Assembly (NCBI GenBank): GCA_951406725.2
Contig: OX597827.1
Coordinates: 77,128,001 to 77,192,000, forward strand
Source: Octopus vulgaris
Lineage: Eukaryota
Direction: 5' to 3'
Length of the DNA stretch: 64,000 bases
The notes beneath the pieces were generated by a model. The model had not been told where the DNA came from. It ran no database searches and was given only the letters and a program-made list of their open reading frames with translations. This document shows, one piece after another, positions 38,465 through 51,576 of the stretch. How positions within the stretch are numbered: position 1 is the stretch's first letter; each line of letters starts with the position of its first letter. The position numbers and the translations under genes were made by a program.

Positions 38465-38820
38465 AATTCTTTTATTAGCCACAAGGGCTCACATAAAATA
38501 ACATTAAAGGACAGGTAACAACATAAAAGGCAAAAACTGGACAATACAATGGGTTCTCCACATGTACACAATGTAAATAACAATTAAAAATTGAACAAAT
38601 TAAAACTCCCAATAGGGGAGGTACTTTAAGGTCCTCTTGGAAAAACCCAGAAAAACCATGGTTGCGTGATCAACAGGGCAAGAGCACTTCTTTTATTTCT
38701 CACAGGTGCAGGCTCAGAATTGGTCCTTTTACATTGGCCCTTCTTCCAATATTCACCCACCTTTCAACAAACTTGCTACAAGGCAACACTTCCCCCTCTC
38801 CATCCTCAACTTCCTTGGAA
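38465..38820 (-). mobile_element. Tx1/L1-like LINE 3' end
   Basis: Minus-strand ORF end EVLPCSKFVERWVNIGRRANVKGPILSLHL* resembles L1/Tx1 ORF2 C-termini (FxxRW); 3' UTR ends agcccttgtggctaataaaagaa; sits in AAT/GAT repeats. Confidence 0.5.
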
Positions 38821-39299
38821 ATAATAATGATGATGGTGATGGTGATGGTGATGATGATGATGATGGTGCTGGTGGGAGTGGTGGTTTCAAATTTTGGCTC
38901 AAGGCCAGCAGATTCAGGGAAGAGGGTAAGTTGACCTGATCGGAATTTGAACTCAGAACTTCCAGATGGCCAAATTGCAACAAAGCACATTGTCCAGTGT
39001 GCAAACAGTTCTGCCGGTTCACTGCCTTCATAATGATAACAACAATAATAGACATCTTTCAGATTTTAGCAGGGGGCCATTAGCTTTTGAGGGGAAGGAA
39101 TAAGTTGATTATATTGACCCCAACACCCACGCACCAGAACTTGACTGGTTTTTATTTCATTGACCCTGAAAGGAAGAAAGATCAAGTTGACCTTGGCAGA
39201 ATTTGAACACAGAATGTAAAGATAGACAAAGTGCCACTAAGCATTTGGTCTGGCACAGTAACAATTCTGCCACCACCACAAATAAAAATAATAATAATA

Positions 39300-39520
39300 T
39301 CAGACATAACAAAAACACCAGGACTTACAAACACATATAACATACAGAAAATTGCACTACTGGGCACTGCACACATCCTACGCAAAACACTTTCAATACA
39401 GTAACCATCAGAGCATCAAACCAAACCACAGCACTTACCCAAGGCACACAGAGCTGCACTCGGTAATGAAGTGAAAGCACGCTATAAAAATAAAACTAAT
39501 GAATAATAATAATAATAATA
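39300..39520 (+). mobile_element. R4/Dong-like LINE 3' end inserted in (TAA)n
   Basis: Translates to ITKTPGLTNTYNIQKIALLGTAHILRKTLSIQ*, the characteristic Dong/R4 C-terminus; AAT repeats on both sides. Confidence 0.75.
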
Positions 39521-39957
39521 TTCAGCTCAATACCAGAGATTTGCTTGTCAGTTGCTTGACCTTAACCAGTTGAGCATCTTCCTTCGTAGCTGACGATATG
39601 TGCATTTCTGATCACGAGTAGAAGTAGTTGGGAGAGCATCATAGCCGTGTGTTGAGAGGGATTCTTTGGGGTTTGGATAATTTACCTCTGGAAACATGGG
39701 TGTTTCGTTCAACATCCTTAAACAACCCTTATTGAGCGGGATGGGCTACTCGACTGGAAGAAAATTCTAACTGGGTCCCCACCTGCAAGGTCATGCATTG
39801 TTAATCTTGATATGAGATCACCATGCCATGCACATACAGTTCTGATGTATGTGCCTGGTGTACCCTTATCAGACGGGTAGTCATGATGGGTATACTGGGC
39901 TTTGTATATTTTACCCCAGTGTCACTTCGATGGCATGCACTGCTCTCTCACTCACTC

Positions 39958-40017
<60 letters not shown>
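39521..40017 (+). mobile_element. Unclassified retroposon 3' region ending in a long (AAT)n tail
   Basis: About 440 bp of higher-complexity sequence between AAT arrays, ending ...ctcactc(aat)n. Confidence 0.45.
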
Positions 40018-40019
<2 letters not shown>

Positions 40020-40146
40020 TGATGATGATTTCAAATTTTGGCACAAGGCCAGCAATTCCGGGTGAGGAATAAATTGATGACTTCAACCTCGGTGTTCAAC
40101 TGGTACAAATTTTATCAACACCCAAAAGAGATGAAAGGCCAAGTTG

Positions 40147-40283
40147 TAATAATAATAATAATAATAATAATTATAATAATAATAACAATAATAATAATAA
40201 TAACAATAATAATAATAATAATAATTATAATAATAATAACAATAATGATAATAATAATAATTATAATAATAATAACAATAATG

Positions 40284-40333
<50 letters not shown>
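40147..40333. repeat. Compound (AAT)n microsatellite with periodic ATT/AAC variants
   Basis: Seen directly; further AAT arrays at 39958-40017 and 40543-40645. Confidence 0.95.
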
Positions 40334-40334
<1 letters not shown>

Positions 40335-40542
40335 GTGGTTTCAAATTTTGCCACAAGGGCAGCAAATTTGGAGGGAGGGGATGAGTCGATTACATCGACC
40401 CTAGTATTCAACTGGTACTTATTTTATTGACCTCAAAGCATGAAAAGTAAAGTCGACCTTGGCAGAATTTGAACTCAGAACAACACAAAGATGGAGGAAA
40501 TGCTGCTAAGCACTCTAACGATTCTGCCAGCTTACAGTCTTA

Positions 40543-40589
<47 letters not shown>

Positions 40590-42116
40590 CAAATAATAAT
40601 GATAATAACCATAATAATAATGATAATAATAATAATAATAATAATATATATTTCTGTACTACCCACAAGGGGCTAAACATAAAGGGGACAAACAAGGACA
40701 GACAAACGGATTAAGTTGATTATATCGACCCCAGTGTGTAACTGGTACTTAATTTATCGACCCCGAAAGGATGAAAGGCCAAGTCGACCTCGGCGGAATT
40801 TGAACTCAGGACGTTGATTAATAATGATGAACAATAATGATGATGATGATGATAATGATAATAATGATAATGATGATAATAATGATGATGATGGTGGTGA
40901 TGATTAATAATAATAATAATGATAGCAAGATGCTAACTGGTGGGTGGTGGTATTGGAGTGTTAACATTAGTGACATTGAGTAAAGTGGTGGTGGCATTAT
41001 AGTGGTCTTGGAGTGGCATGGTAACTAGTGGTAGTCACATGGTAATGGCAGTGGTGACGATGATGGTCATGTGTCACTGGGAATGTGGTGGTGATGGTGG
41101 TGGTTGTGCTGGGCCACATTGTGATCAGGTTGGCAGTGGATGGTGCACTTCCACCTCCCACCCTTCCACTGCCGCCGATGATGATGATGATGATGCATTG
41201 AGGAAGGAAGTGTATGGATGGCTGGGTTAGATGGAGATGAGAGAAAGTGGGTGGAGGGCGGGGGCAGATGCAGACAGGGAAGGAAGATGTGCGGTATGGG
41301 GTGGGGATGGAGAACGCTAGCCAGACAGATGGCAGTGGTGTGGGGTGGGGTGGAGGAGGGTTGGTGACAGAGGAGACAAGCAAATATATAGATTGTGTCA
41401 GCATCACTACTACCACCCACCCTCACTACACCACCCACCTACCTATCCACCCTTTTTCCACCCTGGGTCTTTATACAAAAAAAAAATCATATTTTTCTTT
41501 CAAACTAAAACAGTTACTGTTAATTTTGTCTTACCTTAACTATGGCCACCACCACCACCACCCACCACCCACCACCATCACCAACTCCTACCAGCTTTAC
41601 CACCACCACCACCAACCTTCTCCCACCACCTCCCTTCTTTCCCACCACCACCACTAATACCATATTACTTTTTTTCCTCCTTCCCCACATGACCACCACC
41701 ACCTTCACCCACCCCACCCCCTTCCTTCTCTCCAAACAACAACAACACCTCCCTCTCCTCCCCCACCACTTCACTCCAGTCCAAACTGGCCTCCAGGCAG
41801 GGATGGTCGGAAAGAAGGGGGGAGGGGGAACACAGACAGATATTTGCATGTGTGTGTGTGCGTGCGCATGAGGTATGCGCGAGCGCGCATCTATGTCAGT
41901 GAGTGGGTGGGTATGGAGGGTTTTTTCTCCCTCTTGTGTCTTTCCTAGGACAAAACAGAGGGACGGACAGACAGACAGAAGCTGCAATAGAATTAGAAGT
42001 ATTAGTGGTGGTGGTGGTGGTGATATGTAATAGTAGTAGCAACAATGGGTGGTTGGGGGGGGGGGAGATTACATGTGCATATAATACAACAGCAGTCATG
42101 TACACCATATGCACAG

Positions 42117-42155
<39 letters not shown>

Positions 42156-42268
42156 CATATATACATACATACACACATAAATATATATATGTATATATAC
42201 AGCCATACACACATATATGTATATACACATAATACAACAGCAATCATGTACACCATATGCACAGTATA

Positions 42269-42304
<36 letters not shown>

Positions 42305-42349
42305 CATACACATACATATACATATAAATATAAATATATACACACATAA

Positions 42350-42384
<35 letters not shown>

Positions 42385-43122
42385 TACATTCATGCTTCAG
42401 ATATGTATATATATACAGGCATACATACACACATATATGTATATACACACAAATACATCCATATATACACACATACATACACTCACCTCACACACACACA
42501 TACACATAGGTATACACATACACACAATAATATAATTATAGGTAGGAAGACTTGGCCTGAAATTTTCCAATAACAAGGTGAGAGAGAACGAGAGAGAGAG
42601 AGACTATAGAGAGAAAGAGAGAGTATAGAGAAAGAAAGAGGGGGAGTGAGCAGAGACAGACAGATAAGAGAAAAGGAGAGAGTAGGTAGGTGGTGGTGGT
42701 GGTGGTGGTGGTATTGAGGGGGAGAATGGAAGTGGTAAAGAACAACAGAGAATGAGGGGATTCTTGGCACAAACTGTATGAGATGTGTAAGTGTGTGTGT
42801 GTGTGTATATTATGTGAGGGTATGTGTGTGTATAAGCAGGTGAGTGTATATATGTGCATGTAAGAAGTGAGATGTGGTTGTATAATGTGAAGAAGGATTT
42901 GTAAGAAAAGGAAGAAAGCATTGCTGAAGAGCAAAGAGTGTGTGGCTGACCTGTGGATCTGTTGGAATATCAAGTGAACCGCAATGGACCCTTTAAGGAC
43001 CAGAGGAATACTTTTAGCCCTACATATTTTTCGTCTTTAATTATAATTCTGCTCACAGCTAGGATGATGCTTCATAGCAGGAACCCGCAACCACTGGGCC
43101 ACACAGAAACGATATATTTTTT

Positions 43123-43540
43123 AAGGCAGAGAGCTGGCAGAAACGTTAGCATGCCTGACGGAATTCTTTGCCGTATTTCTTCTGCCGCTACATTCTGAGT
43201 TCAAATTCCGCCGAGGTCGACTTTGCCTTTCATCCTTTCGGGGTCGATAAATTAAGTACCAGTTACACACTGGGGTTGATATAATTGACTTAATCCGTTT
43301 GTCTGTCCTTGTTTGTCCCCTCTATGTTTAGCCCCTTGTGGGTAATAAAGAAATAGGTATTTCGTCTGCCGTTATGTTCTGAGTTCAAATTCCGCCGAGG
43401 TCAACTTTGCTTTCATCTTTTCAGGGTCAATAAATTAAGTATCAGTTACACACTGGGGGTCGATGTAATCGACTTAATCCTTTTGCCTGTCCTTGATTGT
43501 CCCATCTATGTTTAGCCCCTTGTGGGCAAATAAAGAAATA
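43123..43540 (+). mobile_element. SINE family B dimer with 18-bp TSD
   Basis: Head plus two units of about 184 bp; TSD agaaacgatatatttttt / agaaacaatatatttttt. Confidence 0.85.
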
Positions 43541-43959
43541 AGAAACAATATATTTTTTTAATTTAATTTCTATCTTATTCACTCTCCACAGTCTGGAGGG
43601 CGTTTTTGCATTATGTCCTTATATTCTTTGACTTGTTTCAGGCATTTGACTGCGGCCATGCTGGAGCACTGCCTATAGTCAAGCAAGTTGACCCCAGAAC
43701 TTATTCTTTGTAAGCCTAGCACTTGTTCTATCAGACTCTTGCCGAACAGCTAGGTTACGGGGACATGAACACACTAGCATCGGTTGTCAAGCGATGTTGG
43801 GGGGACAAACACAGGCACACACATGCATATACATATACGACGGGCTTCTTTCAGTTTCCGTCTACGAAATCCATTCACAAGGCTTTGGTCAGCCTGAGGC
43901 TATAATAGAAGACACTTGCCCAAGATGCCATATATATATATATATCTATATATCAGATG

Positions 43960-44330
43960 TATAACCTGACGAGGTCAGTGATTCCTATCCCATCAAAGCT
44001 CTCAATTGAGACATCGAACAATGGATCACCTTCTTTCTTCACCCAGAAGGAATGGTCGGGGACCAGGATCAACTTTCTGGCATTCCTGATATCAGACTTA
44101 TTATATATACATAACTTTTTTTTCTAATCATTCACCATGCTTGACTGCTAAATCTACAGGTTTTCTTTTTCATTCTGTCTGTTTATTTTCTCTTATTCCT
44201 CTCTGTTGAAGAGCATAGACTCGAAACGTAAAAGAACTTTTCATTTTCCCGAGCGTCAAACTAATACACCTGCTTGTTGTTCATACACCTGTCTTCGTCT
44301 TTTGTTTTTCTCTAAATTTCAACTACGTGC
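43960..44330 (+). mobile_element. Penelope-like (pLTR-type) repeat family 1 carrying a hammerhead-like motif; other copies at 22400-22600(-), 46810-46970(-), 54240-54470(+)
   Basis: Shared ctgttgaagagcRtaggctcgaaacgtaaaag..aaactaatacacctgcttgttg; copies abut TA/CA microsatellites. Confidence 0.6.
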
Positions 44331-44334
44331 TTGC

Positions 44335-44365
<31 letters not shown>

Positions 44366-45664
44366 ATATATACATATTTATAATATATATTGTTCAAATC
44401 AAGATGATCACACTCTGAAAATTGTTTTGTATGACCAACAAGTAGAGGGATTCTGTGATAAAAGATGACCCCTATTAGGGCATAAGGACAAGTTGAAATC
44501 ACTAACGTCTTGGGGTTTATATATTGTCTAGGATGGATCAATATGGCCTAAAGAGTGTTGTGATGCATCTAAAGAATTTGAGCTGAAAAAAACTGAACAA
44601 TATCCTGCAATCAACAGGCACATTTGCCCAATCACAGGTGAAACCAAAACCTTAATTGGCCCCATTGTAACTTCATTGTAAAATCCATACCTGGACTTAA
44701 ATTACATTCAAAAATCAGGTGTGGTGTTTGTCTTTTTCCTTTTTTTACAGTCTTTCCTTCAAACCCTCCTATGTGGAAATCAATGGGCGTGACCTAAAAC
44801 CCAGGTGGTTGTGAAACAGGTGTCTTAAGCCCACAGTCACACCTGTGTCTGTTGTAAAACAGGATCAAATGAAGATGAAACAGAAAAGTTGGAAAACAAA
44901 ACTAAATAACAGAAAAAAACCTCTCCATGGTCACTATTCATATTTCTTTATTACCCACAAGGGGCTAGACACAGAGGGGACAAACAAGAACAGACAAACG
45001 GATTTAGTCAATTATATCGACCCCAGTGCGTAACTGGTACTTATTTAATCGACCCCGAAAGGATGAAAGGCAAAGTCAACCGCAGCAGAATTTGAACTCA
45101 GAACGTAGTGGCAGACGAAAAACGGCTACGCATTTCGCCTGGCGTGCTAACGATTCTGCCAGCTCGCCGCCTTTCGTTACTATTCTCCATGGTTACTATT
45201 CTGCAAGAGTGGACAACAGAGCCAATTTCTAATACTGATTTCAAGTTTTGGCACAAGGCCGGCAATAAAGGAGGAGGGGTAAATCAGTTACATTGACCTC
45301 AGTGCTTAACTACAACAAAGGATGAAATGCAAAGTTGACTTGTTTGACTAAACCCTTGGAGGCCACCATGGGTCCCAGCATGACTGCAGTCCAATGACAG
45401 AGAAAAGCAAAAGATAAAAAAAAAAGACAGACATTTTTGTTTGATTTTAATCCCTGCCACCCCCACCCCCACCACTATCATCATCACCACCATCAACAAC
45501 AACATCAATCTTCTACCACTCACCCGAATTTGAACCTGTGACCTACAAGAAGCAGGTAGCCTTGTACCTTTGACAACAGGCTGTCAGATCTCATCTAGAA
45601 GGTCTTGGTTGACCCTGCACTGGAACTGAACTCAAAACCAAGTTTTTTAAGAGGAGACATTATC

Positions 45665-45878
45665 ATAGCTACCACCACCACCACCCAGCATCATCACCAC
45701 TACCACCACCAGGAACATCCCCACCCCTGCATCACCACTACCACCACCCAACATCATCACCACTACCACCACCAGGAACATCCCCACCCCTGCATCACCA
45801 CCACCACCACCCAGCATCATCACCACTACCACCACCAGGAACACCCCCACCCCTGCATCACCACCACCACCACCACCT
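45665..45878. repeat. 60-bp tandem repeat, about 3.5 copies, CAC-rich
   Basis: cccagcatcatcaccactaccaccaccaggaacatccccacccctgcatcaccaccaccacca repeated. Confidence 0.9.
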
Positions 45879-48800
45879 CAGTCCCATCCTATCTGTCTGG
45901 TTCTCTTACTTTCAATGCAGCTACCCATCCCAGCCCCCTTTCTTTCACTTCCCTTACTCTGACTATTGCCACAGTAGCAGCAGGATAGGAGGGGGACACC
46001 CCCAACCCTTTTCAGCAAACATCCAACTCCACCCTCCACCACCTCTATACCATACATCCCACCCAACACTCCTCTACACCAGGGCCTACGCTCCTCTACA
46101 CCACCTTATCCACCACAAATACAACTTCCAAAGGAGGAGGAGGAAGAGGAGGAGAGAGAATTAGCAGGGGTAATATGTAATTACTGGGAATTTTACTAAA
46201 CAGTTGACTGACAGTTTGTTTGTTGTGTACAGTCCTTGCTTATGTTTATAGTATGGGGTCATTAGGAGTGTATACAACACTGGTGGGGAGGGGGAGAATT
46301 ACCAAACTATGTAATCATCATCACCACCACCACCAACACCCACATCACTACCGTCATTATCATCACCATAATCATTGCCATCATTATTGTCATTTCATCA
46401 TCATCATCATCATCATCATCATCGTCGTCGTTTACTGTCCGTTTTCTATGCTGGCATGGGTTGGACTGCTTGACAAGGAGACAGCCAACCAGGGAGTTGT
46501 CCAGACACCAATTGAGGGTTTTGACTTGGTCTCTACGGGTAGATGCCCTTCCTAACGCCAACCACTTAACACAGTGCGCTGGGTGCTTTTTACATGCCAC
46601 CAACACAGGTACACTAACTCAGCACCTGTGCAGGTGTATTTTATGTGGCACAAACACCTGCGAAGATACACCTGTATGGATGGAAGACTGTTATTTTACT
46701 TAGCTTGACCACATCTTCTCTAGCCCAGCAAATCCACACACACACACACACATAGTAGAGGGTTGTTACTAATGTATATATACAGTATAGGGGTCATTGC
46801 AAACGTCTGTGTATATCTATATGTTATTAAGTTCAAATTTATAGAAAAACAAACACAAAACAGGTGTAGGAGCAACAAGCAAGTGTATTAGTTTGATGCT
46901 CAGGAAAAATGGAAAAGTTGTTTACGTTTCGAGCCTATGCTCTTCAACAGAAAGGAATAAGAGAAAATGAAACACTTCTTGAAGAAGGTCCTTCTTTTCC
47001 CTTCACCAAAGTGAATGGATCTGTGGTTCCATTCACAAACACACACATACATATATATATATACGACGGGCTTCTTTCAGTTTCCGTCTACCAAATCCAC
47101 TCCCAGGGCTTTGGTCAGCCCAAAGCTATAGCAGAAGACACTTGCCTAAGGTGCCATGCAGTGGGACTGAACCCAGAACTATGTGGTTGGGAAGCAAGCT
47201 ACTTACCACACAGCCACTCCTGCGCCTATAAAAAACGTAGGCTTTCAATTCCGCATATGACTCGAACCCACATCCCTTTGTTAATGTAAGTAAGTCTGTT
47301 ATCGGTATTACACCAGTGATATATATATATATATATACTCTTTTTTTTACTCTTTTATTTGTCTGTCATTTAACTGTGGCCATGCTGGAGCTCCACCTTT
47401 AGTCAGGCAAATCGACCCCAGGACTTATTCTTTGTAAGCTTAGTACTTATTCTATCGGTCTATTTTGCCGAACCGCTAAGTTACAAGGACCTAAACACAC
47501 CAGCATCGATGTTGGGGGAACAAACACAGATACACAAACATATACGCACACACACACACATATATATATATGACGGGCTTTTTTCAGTTTCTGTCAACCA
47601 AATCTACTCACAAGTCTTTGGTCGGCCCGAGGCTATAGTAGAAGACACTTGCCCAAGGTGCCACGCAGTGGGACTGAACCCGGAATCATGTGGTCGTTTA
47701 GCAAGCTACTTACCACACAGCCACTCCTGCGCCTATATACACACACACACACACACAACGACAGCATATACATTTCATTAACAAAATAAACAGGCCCTAA
47801 TAACTTACAGATGTTTTATAAACAATAGCAACAGTGTACCATTCGAAAATAGAACAACTTGGAGAAAGAATTCTTTGTGGAATTAAACAAGAACTGATGA
47901 CAAACTAGTGAGATAGCTGGATCCCATAATGTAACTGACCCTAGATTAGAAAGATAACTATCCCACAATGCAATGGACGTAGCACAATGGACCTACCTCC
48001 ACCACTGCCAGCCACAACCATAGGTACTGTAGTGAGTGACCACAGCATGTATTGCTGAGTGAACAAACACAAGACTGTGGCTGACCACTGAAGGACAAAG
48101 CCTGATATGAATGGAGAATTATTGACCCAAGGAAATACCAGTTTATTTTCTTCTCTTCACTATGTTGCCTCTCCTTCCAATTTTATTTGAGATTTCAGAG
48201 TGACAACAAATTAGAGGCACGCTTTTAAATGTTGAGTTGTCTCCCTTGTTTGTATTTGGTTTCCTTAATCCCTGTTCACTAATGTTTACCTCATGTCTAA
48301 ACATGCACATCACGTGATCAACCAGATTATTCCATGTTATACATCACTGGTCACAATACGCTTTGCATAGTTTTAGCTTTCAAATGATGCCACCCCTCTG
48401 GGTAAGGAAGCAGGCCAACATCCCTTCTGATCGGAAGGCTATTCTCTCGCAAGGTTAATCCTTTAGCAGCAGCGTGAAATGAAGGGCCTTGTTCAAGAAT
48501 ACAATGTGCATATATAGACTTGATAAATTAAGCTTATAATGCTCCTGGCACATAAAGTAAAGTGGTTGGCATTAGGAAGGGCATCAAGCTGTAGAAAGCA
48601 GGGCAAAATGAAATGCACAAACATGAGCCAATGAGGGCAGACATTCCTTATAGGAGAGAACTTGGAGTGCAACAACCTATTTCTTTATTACCCACAAGGG
48701 GCTAAACACAGAGGGGACAAACAAAGACAGACATGGGTATTAAGTCGATTACATCGACCCCAGTGTGTAACTGGTACTTAATTTATCGACCCCGAAAGGA

Positions 48801-50113
48801 TGAAAGGCAAAGTCGACCTCGGCGGAATTTGAACTCAGAACATAACAGCAGAGGAAATACCGCTAAGCATTTCGCCCGGCGTGTTTAACGTTTCTGGAGT
48901 GCAACAACCTGTCCAATCCATGCCAGCATGGAAAGCAGACATGATGATGATGACAGTGGTGGTGGTGATGATGATGATGATGATGATGTTGATCACTATC
49001 ATGTATGTTAGTGTTTGCATCACTTACTACAAAATAATCATGCTGGACCTCCTCAAACAAAAGTGGACCCTTAGTTTTTTTTAATTTTCATGGCTTAATT
49101 AGAGGTGAAGGGTGCCACTTATAGCGTAATTGAGGGCTTCCGGATCTGGGGGAGGGAAGAGGAAGTTATCCTCTGACTGAAATCCTGGAGTTCTTGAAAT
49201 GCATCAGATTCTATTAAAGGGCTCAAGATTAGGGGACTTGAAAAAAATTTTAAATATAAAAATACACAAGCACAGGAATGGCTGTGTGGTAAATAGCTTG
49301 CTTACCAACCACAGGGTCCCGGTTTCAGTCCCACTGTGTGACACCTTGGGCAAGTGTCTTCTACTATAGCCCCGGGCTGACCAAAGCCTTGTGAGAGGTA
49401 ATTACCGGACGATTTCTGTTCGAGTCCATCCGTTTTAATTCGTAGTGGAAATGCGACCGATGTCACAAAGAGGCTTTCAAGTGTTGTATAAATTTTACAA
49501 TTGAAAAATTTACTATATTTTGTACATACAAGTATATCAGCCTGTGGGTGCAATTGCGCCCGTGGGTGGGGGTTTCCCCACCCCTGCTTTACATCGTATG
49601 CACAGAGGGAGAGAGTAAAAGAGATATAGAGCGATTTTGCAGAGATGTGCTATTATTTCTGAACAGCATAAATCTCTTTTCTCATTTACTTATTTTAGTC
49701 ATCAGACTGCGGCCATGCTGGGGCACTGCCTTACATTTTTAGCCGAATGAATCGACTCCAATTTTAAGCCTGGTACTTACTCTATTGTCTTTTGCTAAAC
49801 TGCTAAGTTACAGGGATACAAACACACTAACAGCAGCTGTTAGGCAGTGGTGGCAAGACAAACACAAGACACACACACACATACGATGGGCTTCTTTCAG
49901 TTTCCGTCTACCAAATCCACTCACAAGGCTTTGGTTGGGTTGAGGCTATAGTAGAAGACACTTGCCCAAGGTGCCACAAGGTTCAACCCGGAACCATGTG
50001 GTTCTTAAGCAAGTTACTTACCACACAGCCACTCCTACGCCCATAAAGTTTTTTCAAATGTTATTTATTTACATTTCCAAATGAGTTGTCAGTCTGCGAA
50101 TTACTTTTATTTG

Positions 50114-50220
<107 letters not shown>

Positions 50221-51283
50221 CATACATACACACATACATATATACATACACACACACACCCCATCACAGTACATTGCTGTACTCAAGACCTGCCCTTCAC
50301 AACAGAATTGAGATCCTAAAACCAAGGTGCCACGTAAAAAGCACCCAGTACACTCTGTAGAGTGGCATGCATTAGGAAGGGCACCCGGCCAAAACTACAG
50401 AAGCTGGTGTGACCCCTGGTTTTACCTGTCCCTGTCAAGTTGTTCAACTTATACAGTCATGGAAAACAGATGTTAAATGATGATGATAATGATGAAGATT
50501 AACATTCTTTCTGGAAAAAACCCCACATTTTTGTAATGAAATCTTTCACAGATAGGTTTTTAACGGTGTAGATTGTGATTATGGTGTTAAAATTTAGAAA
50601 AACAATTGCAAATATTGATTTCTGAATTCTGGCACAAGGCCAGCAAATTTTAGGGAAGGGTGCAAGTCATTTATATCAACCCCAGTACTCAACTGGTACC
50701 TATTCTCCCAAATCTAAAGAGATGAAAGGCAACGTTAACTTCGTTAGCATTCAAACTCAATGTACAAATAAGAAATTTTGATTTTGTTTCATTTTAATCT
50801 AAGAAACAGTTTTTTCTGCGGGAAATTAGTATTCATCATTTTGTATAAATATTAAAAATATTTTATTTTGTCTGGGGTGGGTCATTCTCTTTTAGTGCCT
50901 CATTATTTAACACACGCACAGGTTCGGTTTCCACTCATTTACTTACTTATTGATACTAAAAATATTGATAAAAGTTAAATTAGAGTAAAGGTTGTTTGCC
51001 AACGTAACATGGCAGTCCTGGTTTAGGACGAATGTTGCTGTAATTTAGCCCCAGAAGACATCATCTCCAGCTGGCTAAACAGCACGATCTATGTCCTTGT
51101 ATTTTCGAGCAAAGGCATTTAGCACTCCCACTCAGCTCAAAACAATATTTGTGTATCGCGATGCCCAGGTTATTTCCCTTCATCAGCACAGAATAATTGT
51201 TTAGCTAGAGGTGACATTGCCAAATTCCTGTTCCAAATATATAGTTTTCAAAGTGACAACTAGTCACTGATATATAAAATTAA

Positions 51284-51576
51284 AAAATTACTATTTGTAA
51301 ATCTCTCAACGAATGATATTCAGCAACAGTACTCCAGAGTAAGGATTATTTGCCAACATAACATGGCAGTCCAGGCTTAGGACGAATGTTGCTGTAATTT
51401 AGCCCCAGGAGACTTCGTCTCCAGCTGGATATATGACACAATCTGTGTCCTTATATTTTTGAACAAGGCAACATTCATCCTAAACCAGGACTGCCATGTT
51501 TATGTTGGCAAATAATCTTTACTCTCGCATGCTGTTGCTGAATATCTCTTGTTAAGAGATTTACAAATAGTAATTT
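51284..51576. repeat. Inverted repeat with arms of about 108 bp, plus a direct partial copy at 50982-51117
   Basis: aaaattactatttgtaaatctc...ggacgaatgttgc versus gcaacattcatcc...gagatttacaaatagtaatttt. Confidence 0.85.

Noticed and set aside
40038-40430. Poly-Ile ORFs and the many [12 protein letters not shown] ORFs
   Set aside because: Translations of AAT, TA, CA and TACA microsatellites.
42075-42270. Short local duplications (also 13023-13071 and 53531-53570)
   Set aside because: Ordinary slippage duplications near microsatellites with no further structure.
43964-43990. CTGACGA (and CTGATGA at 47894) as hammerhead cores
   Set aside because: No stem II followed by GAAA and no cleavage-site register.
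46909-47289. Recurrent peptide YDGLLSVSVYQIHSQGFG..EDTCPRCHAVGLNPE, suggesting a small gene family
   Set aside because: It is the antisense translation of SINE family A; MRNWYLIYRPRKDERQSRPRR likewise comes from family B.
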